A DNA stretch of 64,000 nucleotides from Proteobacteria bacterium UBA2136 (lineage in GTDB: Bacteria; Pseudomonadota; Alphaproteobacteria; UBA2136): NCBI GenBank assembly GCA_002328405.1, contig DCXM01000006.1:18873-82872 (forward strand). Direction: 5' to 3'. Of the stretch, positions 9,773 to 19,157 are shown in pieces; the first letter of the stretch is position 1, and each line of letters opens with the position of its first letter. The notes under the pieces are model-generated. The model was given only the letters and a program-made list of their open reading frames with translations, made no database searches and was not told the origin of the DNA. The position numbers and the translations under genes are program-made.

Positions 9773-10184
9773 CTCGAAACCAGTGATTTATTTTACAGTG
9801 TGATTAAAAATTAAGCAGGCAATAAACTTAAAATCAATTTAAAATCATACACTTAAATAAATCAAAGACCTCTAAAATTTGTTTTCATCCCAACCAAAGC
9901 TTGGTCAACCTGTGTGCCATTTATGTATAACCAAAAAAAAGGGCCACGCAAAGGTAAAAATTGCACCCAAAATCGTACACAAAAAACGTACTTATTTTGC
10001 GTTGACACTATATCCTGTGATCCTATTTTTTTAAAATTCAGCGCTTACAAAAACAAAAAACATTATAATTCAAAGTTATATAAAATAGTCACCAAACTTT
10101 TTGACACAATATATAGATACCCACAGCACATGTCACCACTATATACATGCCCAAAAAATAAGCATGTATATAAAAAGTGGAAGA

Positions 10185-10209
10185 AAAAAGCCTCACAAGG
10201 AGGCTTTTT
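10185..10209. terminator. Intrinsic terminator (A/T tracts on both sides) downstream of the adhesin gene
   Basis: AAAAAGCCTC-acaag-GAGGCTTTTT. Confidence 0.8.
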
Positions 10210-10228
10210 AAAAGTGCTCTTTTTAAGT

Positions 10229-13200
10229 TTATACAGTATTGCCATCCAGTGACAAACCAACGCCTAACTCCAAGCCAATAAACACATCACTTTGAAGTGT
10301 TGACCTGTAAACTTGGAAAGTTGTATCCGTCACACCGTCACCATTGGTATCCACAACATCAACACGAGATGTCACATCAAATGTACCACCTGTGTTAACA
10401 TTGTCGCCATTGTCACCAAGAATGTACAGGACATCGGATTGAGGGTCCCTCATCTCCAGCACATCCGACAAGCCCAATGTCAATTCATTACCAAAGTTAC
10501 CAACATCCATATCAATTGCTTCAATATTTCGAATATTCATTGCACTTCCAGCAATATCAATATTAGAATCTTGTCTGTGAGATAGAATATCAAAACCACC
10601 CTCTCCACCATCGACAACCGCATCAAGGATATCTAGCAATAGGGTATCATTACCTTCACCACCGTATAAAGAATCTGAGCCACTACCACCGTTTATAAAA
10701 TCATTACCAGCTCCACCCGAAACAACATCATCGCCATTATCTCCAAACAAGACGTCATCACCAAGGTAACCGTCAATCACATCATTATCATTTTGACCAT
10801 AGATATAATCTGCGGAAGAGGAGCCTGTTATCACATCATCGCCATAACCACCATAAAACTTCGTACCATCAATTACATGAGTCTGGCTAAAGTCCATTGT
10901 GTCAAATCCACTTGAATTATAAATACGAAGCGGGCTACCATTGCTAGACTTGAGCGCCTCAATAGAGTTTACATCATATGAAAAATCTCCATCTAAGTAA
11001 AACAGCCCAGAACCACTGCTACTTACGACAATTTGATCAAAGCCCTCTCCACCGATAATTGTATCTGCGCCGTCCAAAATGAAGCGGCCTGCGTATAAGA
11101 ATGTATCATTGCCGGCACCACCGTCTAGTACATCATTACCTTTACCTGCTAAAATTACATCATTACCTGCACCTGCATTCACAACATCTACACCACCATC
11201 TGTTGAAATATACTCAGACATAGATGTACCTGTAATCACATCATTTGAAGAACCTGTAATAATTGCACTTGTATCTAAAGATGCACCTATTTCATTCACA
11301 TACAATTTAAACTCTTGAGAAACCGACTGCCCATTCGCGCTTTGCACATTTACTCTTAGATCATATTCCCCAAAGTCAGTAGAGCCGGGCACTCCTTTAA
11401 CCATTTGTGTTTGTGCATCATATGACACAAACGAAACAGGGTTCCCATTCAAATCAGTCACAGTTATTGTTTCATCACCAATAAGGTTTGAAAAGACTTC
11501 ATTAATATCAAATTCAAACAAGTACGTTTCAACGGACTGAATAGGCTCACCAAAAATAACATCATTAGCAACAGGCAGATCAGTACTACCAACAACAACG
11601 ACTGTAGCATCTCTTTCAACAATGTTATCACCATCACTCACAGAGAATCTAAAGTCAATGCTAGCAGCTTCACCGTCATTCAAAGATTGCAACTCTTCGC
11701 CTGGCGTTACACTAAACGTGCCATCACCATTCAAAACAATTGTGCCATTTGTAGGTGCCTCTAACAATGTGTATGTCAAGCTAGCAAGGTCATTATCCAC
11801 ATCACTTACAGCAAGAGCGAAGGTTTGAGTACCATCGTCTTCACCCATAACAATTGATACAGCACTAATCACAGGGGCATCATTTTGACCTTCAATTGTC
11901 ACTTGAACCGTTTGTGGAGCTGAGGTGTCTTTTCCATCTGTTGCTACATAAGTAAACTCAACAATTCTAAATTCTCCTGCCTGCATCCCCTCCAATCCTG
12001 GACCAGCATGGAAAGTGAATGTATCGTTCACGTTATCAATTGTAACATAACCATCCGAATCCAAAGGAGGGTTTTGAATCAAATAAACAACATCATCACC
12101 TTCAACGTCTACACTGCTTAACGCGTGCGTTACAGAAACATCGTTTTCTAGCATTGTCGTCGCAATACTTTCTATAACAGGCGCATCATTTGAACCAGTT
12201 ACTGTAAATGTTGCAACATATTGAACAGATTCCACACCATCAGAAACTATATAGTTTACGTTATAAACAACACTTTCACCATTATCCAATACTTGCAAAG
12301 CATCACTTAAAGTTACATTTGCATTTAAACGATTTACGGTAACGTTCAATTCAGGCGGAACATCTAAAAATGTAACCGTTAAGCCATCACCGTCCACATC
12401 ACTAGCTGGAATTGCAAATGATGTTCCATTTGAGTCTTCCGTTGTGCTCACGCTTAAATCAGAGGCCACAGGTGCATCATTTTCACCAGCAACAGACACT
12501 GTAAGGTTTAATGTTGTGGATGCACCATGACTATCCCTCACCACCAACGGAACATTCATCACCATCAAATCACCAGCCGCAAGGTTGTTAAAGTCACCAT
12601 TTGGTCTAAATTCAATCAAACCATCACCCAAGTCCACCAACTGACCTTGATTTGGCTGGTTTATGGCATAAGTCAAACTCTCTGAGGTATCATCAGAGTC
12701 AACATCATCAATAAATGAACGAATGTTAATTTGAACTGGCGCACCTTCCTCTGTTGCATTTATCGTAATATCATTGACAACAGGTGCATCATTGGTACCA
12801 ATCACCTCAATGGTGACAGATGCTTCGTTGCTATAAGCATCACCATCATATGCGCGGTAGTTAAATGTAATTTCACGTGTTTCGCCCACCGCCATCGCAT
12901 TTAAGGACTCTGCTGGGTAAAAGCTAAAGTGATCACCATTTAAAACCACAATCCCTTCGGTTACAGGGTCTGGCGCATTGACAATGCTGTATGTCAAAGT
13001 ATCGTTGGCATCGGCATCAGTCGCACTCAATGGCGCCGCAACGGAGTTATCTTCTTCTGTTGTCACCATAATGTTAGAAGCAACAGGGGCATCGTTGGTA
13101 CCCGTCACAACAATAGTGACCACTTCCACCACGGTGTTGCCTTGCTCGTCTGTAGCTTCATATTCAAAGGTAATGGTTTGTGATTCACCCTCGTCCAACG

Positions 13201-16200
13201 CATCCAATTCTGGTGCCGGCACAAATGTGTAAGTGCCATCGCCATTGTCGACAATTTCACCTTCTTCTGGCGCTGGTGGGTTTGGAATTGTAATAGTCAC
13301 GGAACCATCAGCGTCGCTGACAGCACCGCCAAGGTCAATCACAATTGGTTGACCATCATCGGTCACCACTTCATCCTCACCAATCACCACAGGTGCTACA
13401 ACCATGGCATCATCTTGGCCATTGATTGTAAACTGAAGGGTTGCTGTGCTTGTTGCATCGCCATCTGTCACCGCATATTCAACGGACAATACCAGAGATT
13501 CACCTTCCGCAAGGTAATTGTATGCATTCGAGTCAGTAGCTGGTTGGAAACTGAATGTCCCATCACCATTGTCCACAACTGTACCTTCGGTTGCCGCATC
13601 CAGCTGACCCAGCAAGGTCACCGTCAACGGTTCATCATCCACATCGGACACATTGTAAGCCGCGTTAATCGCAGTCACTGCATCTTCATTAAAACTGTAT
13701 GCCATGTTGGTTGCAGTAGGCGCATCATTGATGCCGGCCACCGTAATAACGGCATCCGCAACGGATGAGTTACCTGACAAATCAGTCACTTGATAAGTAA
13801 AGCGTACTTCACGCACTTCACCGCTGTCTAAGTCTTGGAATGCGCCGCCCACATCAAACGTAAACGTTCCGTCATTGTTGTTGGTCACCGTACCTTCATC
13901 TGTTGTACTGGCCAAAGAGTAGAACAACGCTTGACCATCTACATTCAAGACATTGGCATCCAACACAACTGGCGAGCCATCTTCCACAGCTGTTGCCGTA
14001 ATGGCTTGTGCTTCTGGCGCATCGTAAACAGGCGTTACATTCACTGCAACTGTCGCTGTATATTCAGCGCCACTGCTTGAAGTAACCGTGTATGTAAAGC
14101 TGTCATCGCCGTTAAAGTCGGCCTCAGGTGTGTAGGAAATTTCACCAGTTGTCGGGTCAAAATCAACCACGCCACCTTGATCAGAACTTGTACTCACGGC
14201 TGTAATGGTCAACGCATCGCCATCAATGTCCGAATCGTTGGCAAGCAAGTCATTCACCGTTAAAGCAAGTGTTGTATCTTCAGCCACTTGGTAAGACTCG
14301 CCTTGAATATCAGAAGCGTCATCCACAGGGCTTACAGTAATGTAGGCCATCGCAGTGCTTTCACCACCTTGGCCATCACTCACGGTGTAGGTAAAGCTGT
14401 CCAATCCTGCAAAGTTTTCAGCCGGTGTGTAAGTCATTTCGCCGGTGGTTTCATCCAAGGCAATCACACCGCCATTTGCGGTTGTTGCATCAAATGTTTG
14501 CAAAGTCAACGCATCGCCGTCAGCGTCCACATCGTTGGCAAGCAGTTGCTCAACCGTAAAGCTGGTTTCGGTATCTTCGTCGGTCACAAACAAGTCATCT
14601 TCCGCCACTGGTGCTGTGTTCACAGGCTCGGCAGAGGCGTCACCTTCTTTCACCAACACATTCACAGTGGCTGTGCTTTCACCACCTTGACCATCACTGA
14701 TGGTGTATGTAAAGCTGTCCTCACCCACAAAACCATCAGCCGAGGTGTAAGTCACTTCGCCTGTTTCAGGGTTAAATTGAATCGATCCACCATTTTCAGA
14801 CGTTGCACTGGTGGAAACAATGTTCAACACATCACCATCAAGGTCAAAGTCATTTTCAAGCAAGGTTGCCGCATCAATCACCAAAGGCTCGCCTTCTTCC
14901 ACAGGGAAACCTGTGCCAGTGTTCACTTCAATGTATTGTAATACAAAGTTTGAATTTGTTGTTGAAGTGGGGGAAACAGTTTCCACCACTAAGCTGTCAA
15001 AACTCACATCTACATCAAAAAAGTTTGTTTCACGCTTACCATCACCATCCACGTTATGTAGGTCGTTAATCACTTCACCTTCGGCAACCAGTTCACCATC
15101 TTTGTATGCTTTATAAGATACACGTGCATCTTGACGGCTACCTTCATTAAAGTGGCTGTATAAACTGTCCAGACCAACACGTGCACCTTGCACGGGGCTG
15201 TCAAAGTTCACAACCAAGGACTCATTCAAGTCCACCTCATTCGACTGACCGCCACTAACGCCAAGGCCATAATCATCACGACCACCACCTTCTCTACCAA
15301 CAGAATACTCAACTCCACTAGCGCTGCCGTTTACATTCAATGCTTGGATAGACCCCGACACGCCTTCTTTATCAAAAGAAACGGAACCGTCTTCATTCAG
15401 CGCACCCCAATCAGCCATGGAGCCATGTTCACCAATAGAACCTAAAACAACAGACTGCTCAACGCCATCGTCTTGCGCCACAGGGGCGTTGACTGGGCCT
15501 GTGCCGGCTTCAACACCTGCAACCAGGCCATTAAATGGCCCAAAATTTACTTCCACCACAAGGTCATCAAAGTCCTGATCACCTAAGCCTTTAACATCCT
15601 CAAAGGAAATTTGAACAGATGAACCATCTTCAGATACTTCAATTTCAGCATGGCTTAAACCATCTGTACTTAAGTTGGCATAGTTGGTGTGGAAAATGTC
15701 GCCTTTTAAAGCCACTTCTTGGCCATCTTCACCTACCAGCACCAACTTCGGTGCATCAGCATCTAACACAGATGCATTGCCACCTTCAGCATTCACAAAT
15801 TTTAATTCGCCAGCTTCAAGGTCTAGCTTTTTAAAACCACCATTTTTGTTGAAGCCATTAGAAATAATAAAGAACTCAACGTGAGAGCCGTCTGGCGCAT
15901 CAATTGCCGAAGATGAATAACCATCAATAAGGTCACCACCGCTGCGGTATGCTGAAGCATTGTCAAAGTTCAACTGAACGTCAGAAATTTCGCCATTTTG
16001 GTCAACCACATAATAACCAATTGTGTTTTTGTAACCAGCTTCTTCGCTGACAAAAACCATTTCAAACTGCTCTGGCTCGGGTTCACCCATCACTCGGTCA
16101 CCGACGCTGATACCATGCTCAACCCAAATTTGTTCACCACGGAAACCTTCAAACACGGCAAAGGTAACATCACCTTCGGTTACGTCGTCATTTTGTTTCA

Positions 16201-17185
16201 TAAAGTCAAAATCTGCAACAAAGTCGCCCATATCGCCCGTAATTTTAACAATATCAGTGTCAGAAAGGGTGCGCGCTTCTGACATGGAGATCGTCACACT
16301 GTCATCGCCAGCACCATCTTTTAAGTCAATGTTTTCAAAGCGACGCACTTGGCCTAAATCCACGTCAATGTCGCCATCCACCACAAGTGTGTCATTACCA
16401 CGACCACCATCAATACGCTGATCATCAGCGTCATATTTTACAATATCGTCGCCATCACCAGCGGAAATACGGTCAGCGCCCACGCCACCGTCTACAATGT
16501 CATTCCCGCGGCCGACATAAATTTCATCAGCGCCAGCGCCAGTTTCAATGCGGTTGTCGCCAGAACGACTGAGGACACGGTCACTGCCGCTGCCACCTTC
16601 AAAACTATCATTACCAGAACCAAGGTTGACGTTTGAGCTTTTATAATCGTCGCCAATCATTTTAACGACATCGTCGCCAAAACCTGCAATCACTTTAAAA
16701 ATTGTATGACCCTTGTCACCATCTAAGGTAATAGTATCGTCGCCAAAGCCAGAGCGGATAAGGAAATTATTAGACCAGCCAGAGCCATTGGTTTGTGCAT
16801 CGACGGAAATGTTATCATCGCCATTGCCTGTGTAAATGTTACCGCGCTTAGCACCTGTTACTTCAACGTTAGAGTCGCCATCGCCGCGCAAGTTAATGTT
16901 TGTGTGGACAAAATTGTCAATTTTAACGTCCGCCGCACTGCGGGAAGAAAGCTGAATGTTTTTAACACTGTTCCAAGCGGAATCAAGGGAAATGTTGGCA
17001 TAGCCTTCGCCAATGTCAGCAGAAACTTGCGCCTTGTTGCTGACGCCAGAAATGCCCATTTCTGCACCAGAAACCTGCTGGTCGTCGCCATGCTGTAGTT
17101 TGTGATTACTCTTAGAATTGATAGACTTTTCGTTGTCTGTCGCGTTGCTAAGCTTAACATTAACTTTGTTGCTGTTTTTAGCCAT
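10229..17185 (-). CDS. Giant RTX-type calcium-binding adhesin with tandem Ig/cadherin-like repeats (probable type I secretion substrate), 2318 aa
   Basis: GGxGxD nonapeptides near both termini; a dozen or more ~100-aa repeats bounded by NDAP(V/T)A...F(T/S)Y; DUF4114-like SEEAGYKNTIGYY...FEDVKGLGDQDFDDLVV; no Sec signal peptide. Confidence 0.88.
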   Translation of the reverse strand: MAKNSNKVNVKLSNATDNEKSINSKSNHKLQHGDDQQVSGAEMGISGVSNKAQVSADIGEGYANISLDSAWNSVKNIQLSSRSAADVKIDNFVHTNINLRGDGDSNVEVTGAKRGNIYTGNGDDNISVDAQTNGSGWSNNFLIRSGFGDDTITLDGDKGHTIFKVIAGFGDDVVKMIGDDYKSSNVNLGSGNDSFEGGSGSDRVLSRSGDNRIETGAGADEIYVGRGNDIVDGGVGADRISAGDGDDIVKYDADDQRIDGGRGNDTLVVDGDIDVDLGQVRRFENIDLKDGAGDDSVTISMSEARTLSDTDIVKITGDMGDFVADFDFMKQNDDVTEGDVTFAVFEGFRGEQIWVEHGISVGDRVMGEPEPEQFEMVFVSEEAGYKNTIGYYVVDQNGEISDVQLNFDNASAYRSGGDLIDGYSSSAIDAPDGSHVEFFIISNGFNKNGGFKKLDLEAGELKFVNAEGGNASVLDADAPKLVLVGEDGQEVALKGDIFHTNYANLSTDGLSHAEIEVSEDGSSVQISFEDVKGLGDQDFDDLVVEVNFGPFNGLVAGVEAGTGPVNAPVAQDDGVEQSVVLGSIGEHGSMADWGALNEDGSVSFDKEGVSGSIQALNVNGSASGVEYSVGREGGGRDDYGLGVSGGQSNEVDLNESLVVNFDSPVQGARVGLDSLYSHFNEGSRQDARVSYKAYKDGELVAEGEVINDLHNVDGDGKRETNFFDVDVSFDSLVVETVSPTSTTNSNFVLQYIEVNTGTGFPVEEGEPLVIDAATLLENDFDLDGDVLNIVSTSATSENGGSIQFNPETGEVTYTSADGFVGEDSFTYTISDGQGGESTATVNVLVKEGDASAEPVNTAPVAEDDLFVTDEDTETSFTVEQLLANDVDADGDALTLQTFDATTANGGVIALDETTGEMTYTPAENFAGLDSFTYTVSDGQGGESTAMAYITVSPVDDASDIQGESYQVAEDTTLALTVNDLLANDSDIDGDALTITAVSTSSDQGGVVDFDPTTGEISYTPEADFNGDDSFTYTVTSSSGAEYTATVAVNVTPVYDAPEAQAITATAVEDGSPVVLDANVLNVDGQALFYSLASTTDEGTVTNNNDGTFTFDVGGAFQDLDSGEVREVRFTYQVTDLSGNSSVADAVITVAGINDAPTATNMAYSFNEDAVTAINAAYNVSDVDDEPLTVTLLGQLDAATEGTVVDNGDGTFSFQPATDSNAYNYLAEGESLVLSVEYAVTDGDATSTATLQFTINGQDDAMVVAPVVIGEDEVVTDDGQPIVIDLGGAVSDADGSVTITIPNPPAPEEGEIVDNGDGTYTFVPAPELDALDEGESQTITFEYEATDEQGNTVVEVVTIVVTGTNDAPVASNIMVTTEEDNSVAAPLSATDADANDTLTYSIVNAPDPVTEGIVVLNGDHFSFYPAESLNAMAVGETREITFNYRAYDGDAYSNEASVTIEVIGTNDAPVVNDITINATEEGAPVQINIRSFIDDVDSDDTSESLTYAINQPNQGQLVDLGDGLIEFRPNGDFNNLAAGDLMVMNVPLVVRDSHGASTTLNLTVSVAGENDAPVASDLSVSTTEDSNGTSFAIPASDVDGDGLTVTFLDVPPELNVTVNRLNANVTLSDALQVLDNGESVVYNVNYIVSDGVESVQYVATFTVTGSNDAPVIESIATTMLENDVSVTHALSSVDVEGDDVVYLIQNPPLDSDGYVTIDNVNDTFTFHAGPGLEGMQAGEFRIVEFTYVATDGKDTSAPQTVQVTIEGQNDAPVISAVSIVMGEDDGTQTFALAVSDVDNDLASLTYTLLEAPTNGTIVLNGDGTFSVTPGEELQSLNDGEAASIDFRFSVSDGDNIVERDATVVVVGSTDLPVANDVIFGEPIQSVETYLFEFDINEVFSNLIGDETITVTDLNGNPVSFVSYDAQTQMVKGVPGSTDFGEYDLRVNVQSANGQSVSQEFKLYVNEIGASLDTSAIITGSSNDVITGTSMSEYISTDGGVDVVNAGAGNDVILAGKGNDVLDGGAGNDTFLYAGRFILDGADTIIGGEGFDQIVVSSSGSGLFYLDGDFSYDVNSIEALKSSNGSPLRIYNSSGFDTMDFSQTHVIDGTKFYGGYGDDVITGSSSADYIYGQNDNDVIDGYLGDDVLFGDNGDDVVSGGAGNDFINGGSGSDSLYGGEGNDTLLLDILDAVVDGGEGGFDILSHRQDSNIDIAGSAMNIRNIEAIDMDVGNFGNELTLGLSDVLEMRDPQSDVLYILGDNGDNVNTGGTFDVTSRVDVVDTNGDGVTDTTFQVYRSTLQSDVFIGLELGVGLSLDGNTV

Positions 17186-17263
17186 AAGTTCCCCTAAAAA
17201 ATTATTTTCCCCATCCGTCGCACAAGTACTAAGAAGTGCAACTTCAATTTCTTATACCAACAT

Positions 17264-17290
17264 TCAGTAATAAAAAACATATATTACTGA
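17264..17290. promoter_or_regulatory. Perfect 9-bp inverted repeat (candidate operator) upstream of the adhesin
   Basis: TCAGTAATA-N9-TATTACTGA, ~80 nt before the ATG. Confidence 0.5.
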
Positions 17291-17459
17291 CATTTTTCAT
17301 GCACCGCTAAAAGTAGCAGCCAAAACCCTATGGTATGCGCAGATTTATTATAAATGAGGGTAATAAAAAAACAACAACTTAGCCGATGCGTAAAATGCGA
17401 ACGAAAGACGCATAATGACGAAATAAATATGCATATGGTGCGCATAAGGACGAAACGCG

Positions 17460-17487
17460 AAAAAGGCGTCCGCGACGACGCCTTTTT
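17460..17487 (-). terminator. Intrinsic terminator of flagellin 2
   Basis: AAAAAGGCGTC-N6-GACGCCTTTTT. Confidence 0.8.
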
Positions 17488-17569
17488 CTGTGAGTATCGG
17501 AAAATTTTCGCTAAAGCTAATTAATTATATTTTACTAATTATACTTTTAACTTTTATCTAACTACGAGA

Positions 17570-18769
17570 TTACTGTAGCAATCTTAGTAGCAGTGATGGC
17601 TGCTGGTTCGCCTGAGCCAACATGGACACACCAGCCTGGATCAACACCTGTTCAGAAGTGAACTTTGTGATCTCGGCAGATACGTCAACATCAAGCAAGA
17701 CAGAACGCGCCGCTTCACTGTTTTCAATCGATACAGCCAAGTTGTTTTGAGCAAACTCAATACGGTTTTGGCTAGAACCAACATCCGCACGGGCAGTGTT
17801 TACCGCTTGAACCGCAGCATCAACTTCGTCCGAAGCGGTCGCTGCGTTACCGGCAGTTGTTAAGTTAGAACCTGTACCACCACCAATCAAGGCACTGAAG
17901 TTACCTTCAGAAATTGTAATGGAGATAGAGTTGTTCGCATCAGTTACTGAGTTACCAGAACCAACTTGGAAAGCAAAGGTTGCAGCAGCTGAAGATGTAC
18001 CAGCAGCAGCTGTAAATTGTGTAGTTGTCAAATCACCAAAGTCAGCACCTGCACCAATCGCTGCACCTGCGAAAAAGTCATTGTTAATGGTGATTTTTAC
18101 ACCAACATTCGCAAAGTCAAGTTCGCGTGTTGCACCTGCAGCAACAGGGTCATCACCTGCAGAACCTAAGTTAATAGTCTGAGCAGTACCTTGTGCAGTA
18201 TTAACAACTGTAAGGTTACCTTCACTTGTATCAAATTGAACAGCGAATGTATCAGTAGCATTAACTCGAGAAGCGTCAAATTCATAACCAACAAAACCAG
18301 CTGCGGTATCAGCAACAGCAGTTTGACCTGTAACACTCAAGGTGTTTGAACCACCCAACAGCGCTTGGCCGTTGAATTCGGTTGTTGCGGCAATACGGTC
18401 AATCTCGTTACGAAGTAGGCCGTACTCATCGTTTAAGTAACCACGCTCCGTACCGGAAAGCTGACCAGACTGAGCTGTTGTTGCGAGTGATTTCATACGT
18501 GTCAAAATGTCAGAAATCTGAGAGAAAGCACCATCGGCAATTTGCAAAAGAGAAGAAGCCTGAGAGGCGTTCACTTGAGCAGCTTTCAAAGCAGCGTTTT
18601 CAACACTAAGACCTGTACCAATTGCGAGTGACGCAGCATCTTCCTTAGCTGTTGGTACACGAGAACCAGAAGACAGCTTAGAAAGTGAAGAAGCACTACG
18701 CTCAGACGCAGCGTTCAAGTTACGTTGCGAAATCATCGCAGATACGTTTGTGTTAATTGTAATAGGCAT
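17570..18769 (-). CDS. fliC: Flagellin (copy 2), 399 aa
   Basis: MPITINTNVSAMISQRNL..SLSKLSSGSRV..AKEDAASLAIG; C-terminal AGVSMLAQANQQPSLLLRLLQ; GGAGA RBS before ATG 18769. Confidence 0.97.
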   Translation of the reverse strand: MPITINTNVSAMISQRNLNAASERSASSLSKLSSGSRVPTAKEDAASLAIGTGLSVENAALKAAQVNASQASSLLQIADGAFSQISDILTRMKSLATTAQSGQLSGTERGYLNDEYGLLRNEIDRIAATTEFNGQALLGGSNTLSVTGQTAVADTAAGFVGYEFDASRVNATDTFAVQFDTSEGNLTVVNTAQGTAQTINLGSAGDDPVAAGATRELDFANVGVKITINNDFFAGAAIGAGADFGDLTTTQFTAAAGTSSAAATFAFQVGSGNSVTDANNSISITISEGNFSALIGGGTGSNLTTAGNAATASDEVDAAVQAVNTARADVGSSQNRIEFAQNNLAVSIENSEAARSVLLDVDVSAEITKFTSEQVLIQAGVSMLAQANQQPSLLLRLLQ

Positions 18770-18934
18770 ATTATTATCTCCTACATGGATTATGTTAAAC
18801 ATAGTAGACTACTTGTCCACCTTATATATTATGGACGCTTTCGCACCCAAAGTCCATACCTTATTTAATAAACAATGTGTTTTTGCACAAAATTATTTTA
18901 AACAAAATATAAACTCGTCTATTTTATGAAATGG

Positions 18935-19016
18935 GGCACAAATTGCCAAGCCTTAAATTCCTGACAGGGTGACTGACAACCCTTAAAACAACCATTTAAC
19001 AGCGCAAACCTTGCCG
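18935..19016. promoter_or_regulatory. Two ftr-like (FlbD enhancer-like) elements upstream of the fliF sigma54 site
   Basis: GGC-AC-AAA-TT-GCC (18935-18947) and CGC-AAACCTT-GCCG (19003-19016) resemble the Caulobacter ftr consensus CGGC-N2-AAA-N2-GC (consensus recalled, not searched). Confidence 0.45.
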
Positions 19017-19093
19017 TTTGTGCTTTTTTACAACGCCCAGCCATTTAAAAACCACCCAGCATAGGCAAAAGCGCCACGGCAAATGCTTTTTTT

Positions 19094-19109
19094 CGGCACG
19101 GTTCGTGCT
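19094..19109 (+). promoter_or_regulatory. Sigma54 -24/-12 promoter of fliF operon
   Basis: CGGCAC-GGTTC-GTGCT ~50 nt before fliF start. Confidence 0.7.
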
Positions 19110-19157
19110 AGTATCAAACTTGAACGCGTGTGTAATTAAATTTCGGAATTTAAGATA

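Noticed and set aside
9828-9842. TTAA-N7-TTAA (CtrA-like box) upstream of nrdA
   Set aside because: Single match in very AT-rich DNA; expected by chance and not seen at the flagellar promoters examined.
9914-10260. ORFs of 112 aa (+) and 65 aa (-) between nrdA and the adhesin
   Set aside because: No RBS, composition reflects A/T tracts, and they overlap NrdR-like boxes and a terminator.
17243-17259. Possible sigma54 site upstream of the adhesin (TGGTATAAGAAATTGAA)
   Set aside because: Spacing is off by one and the -12 GC is missing.
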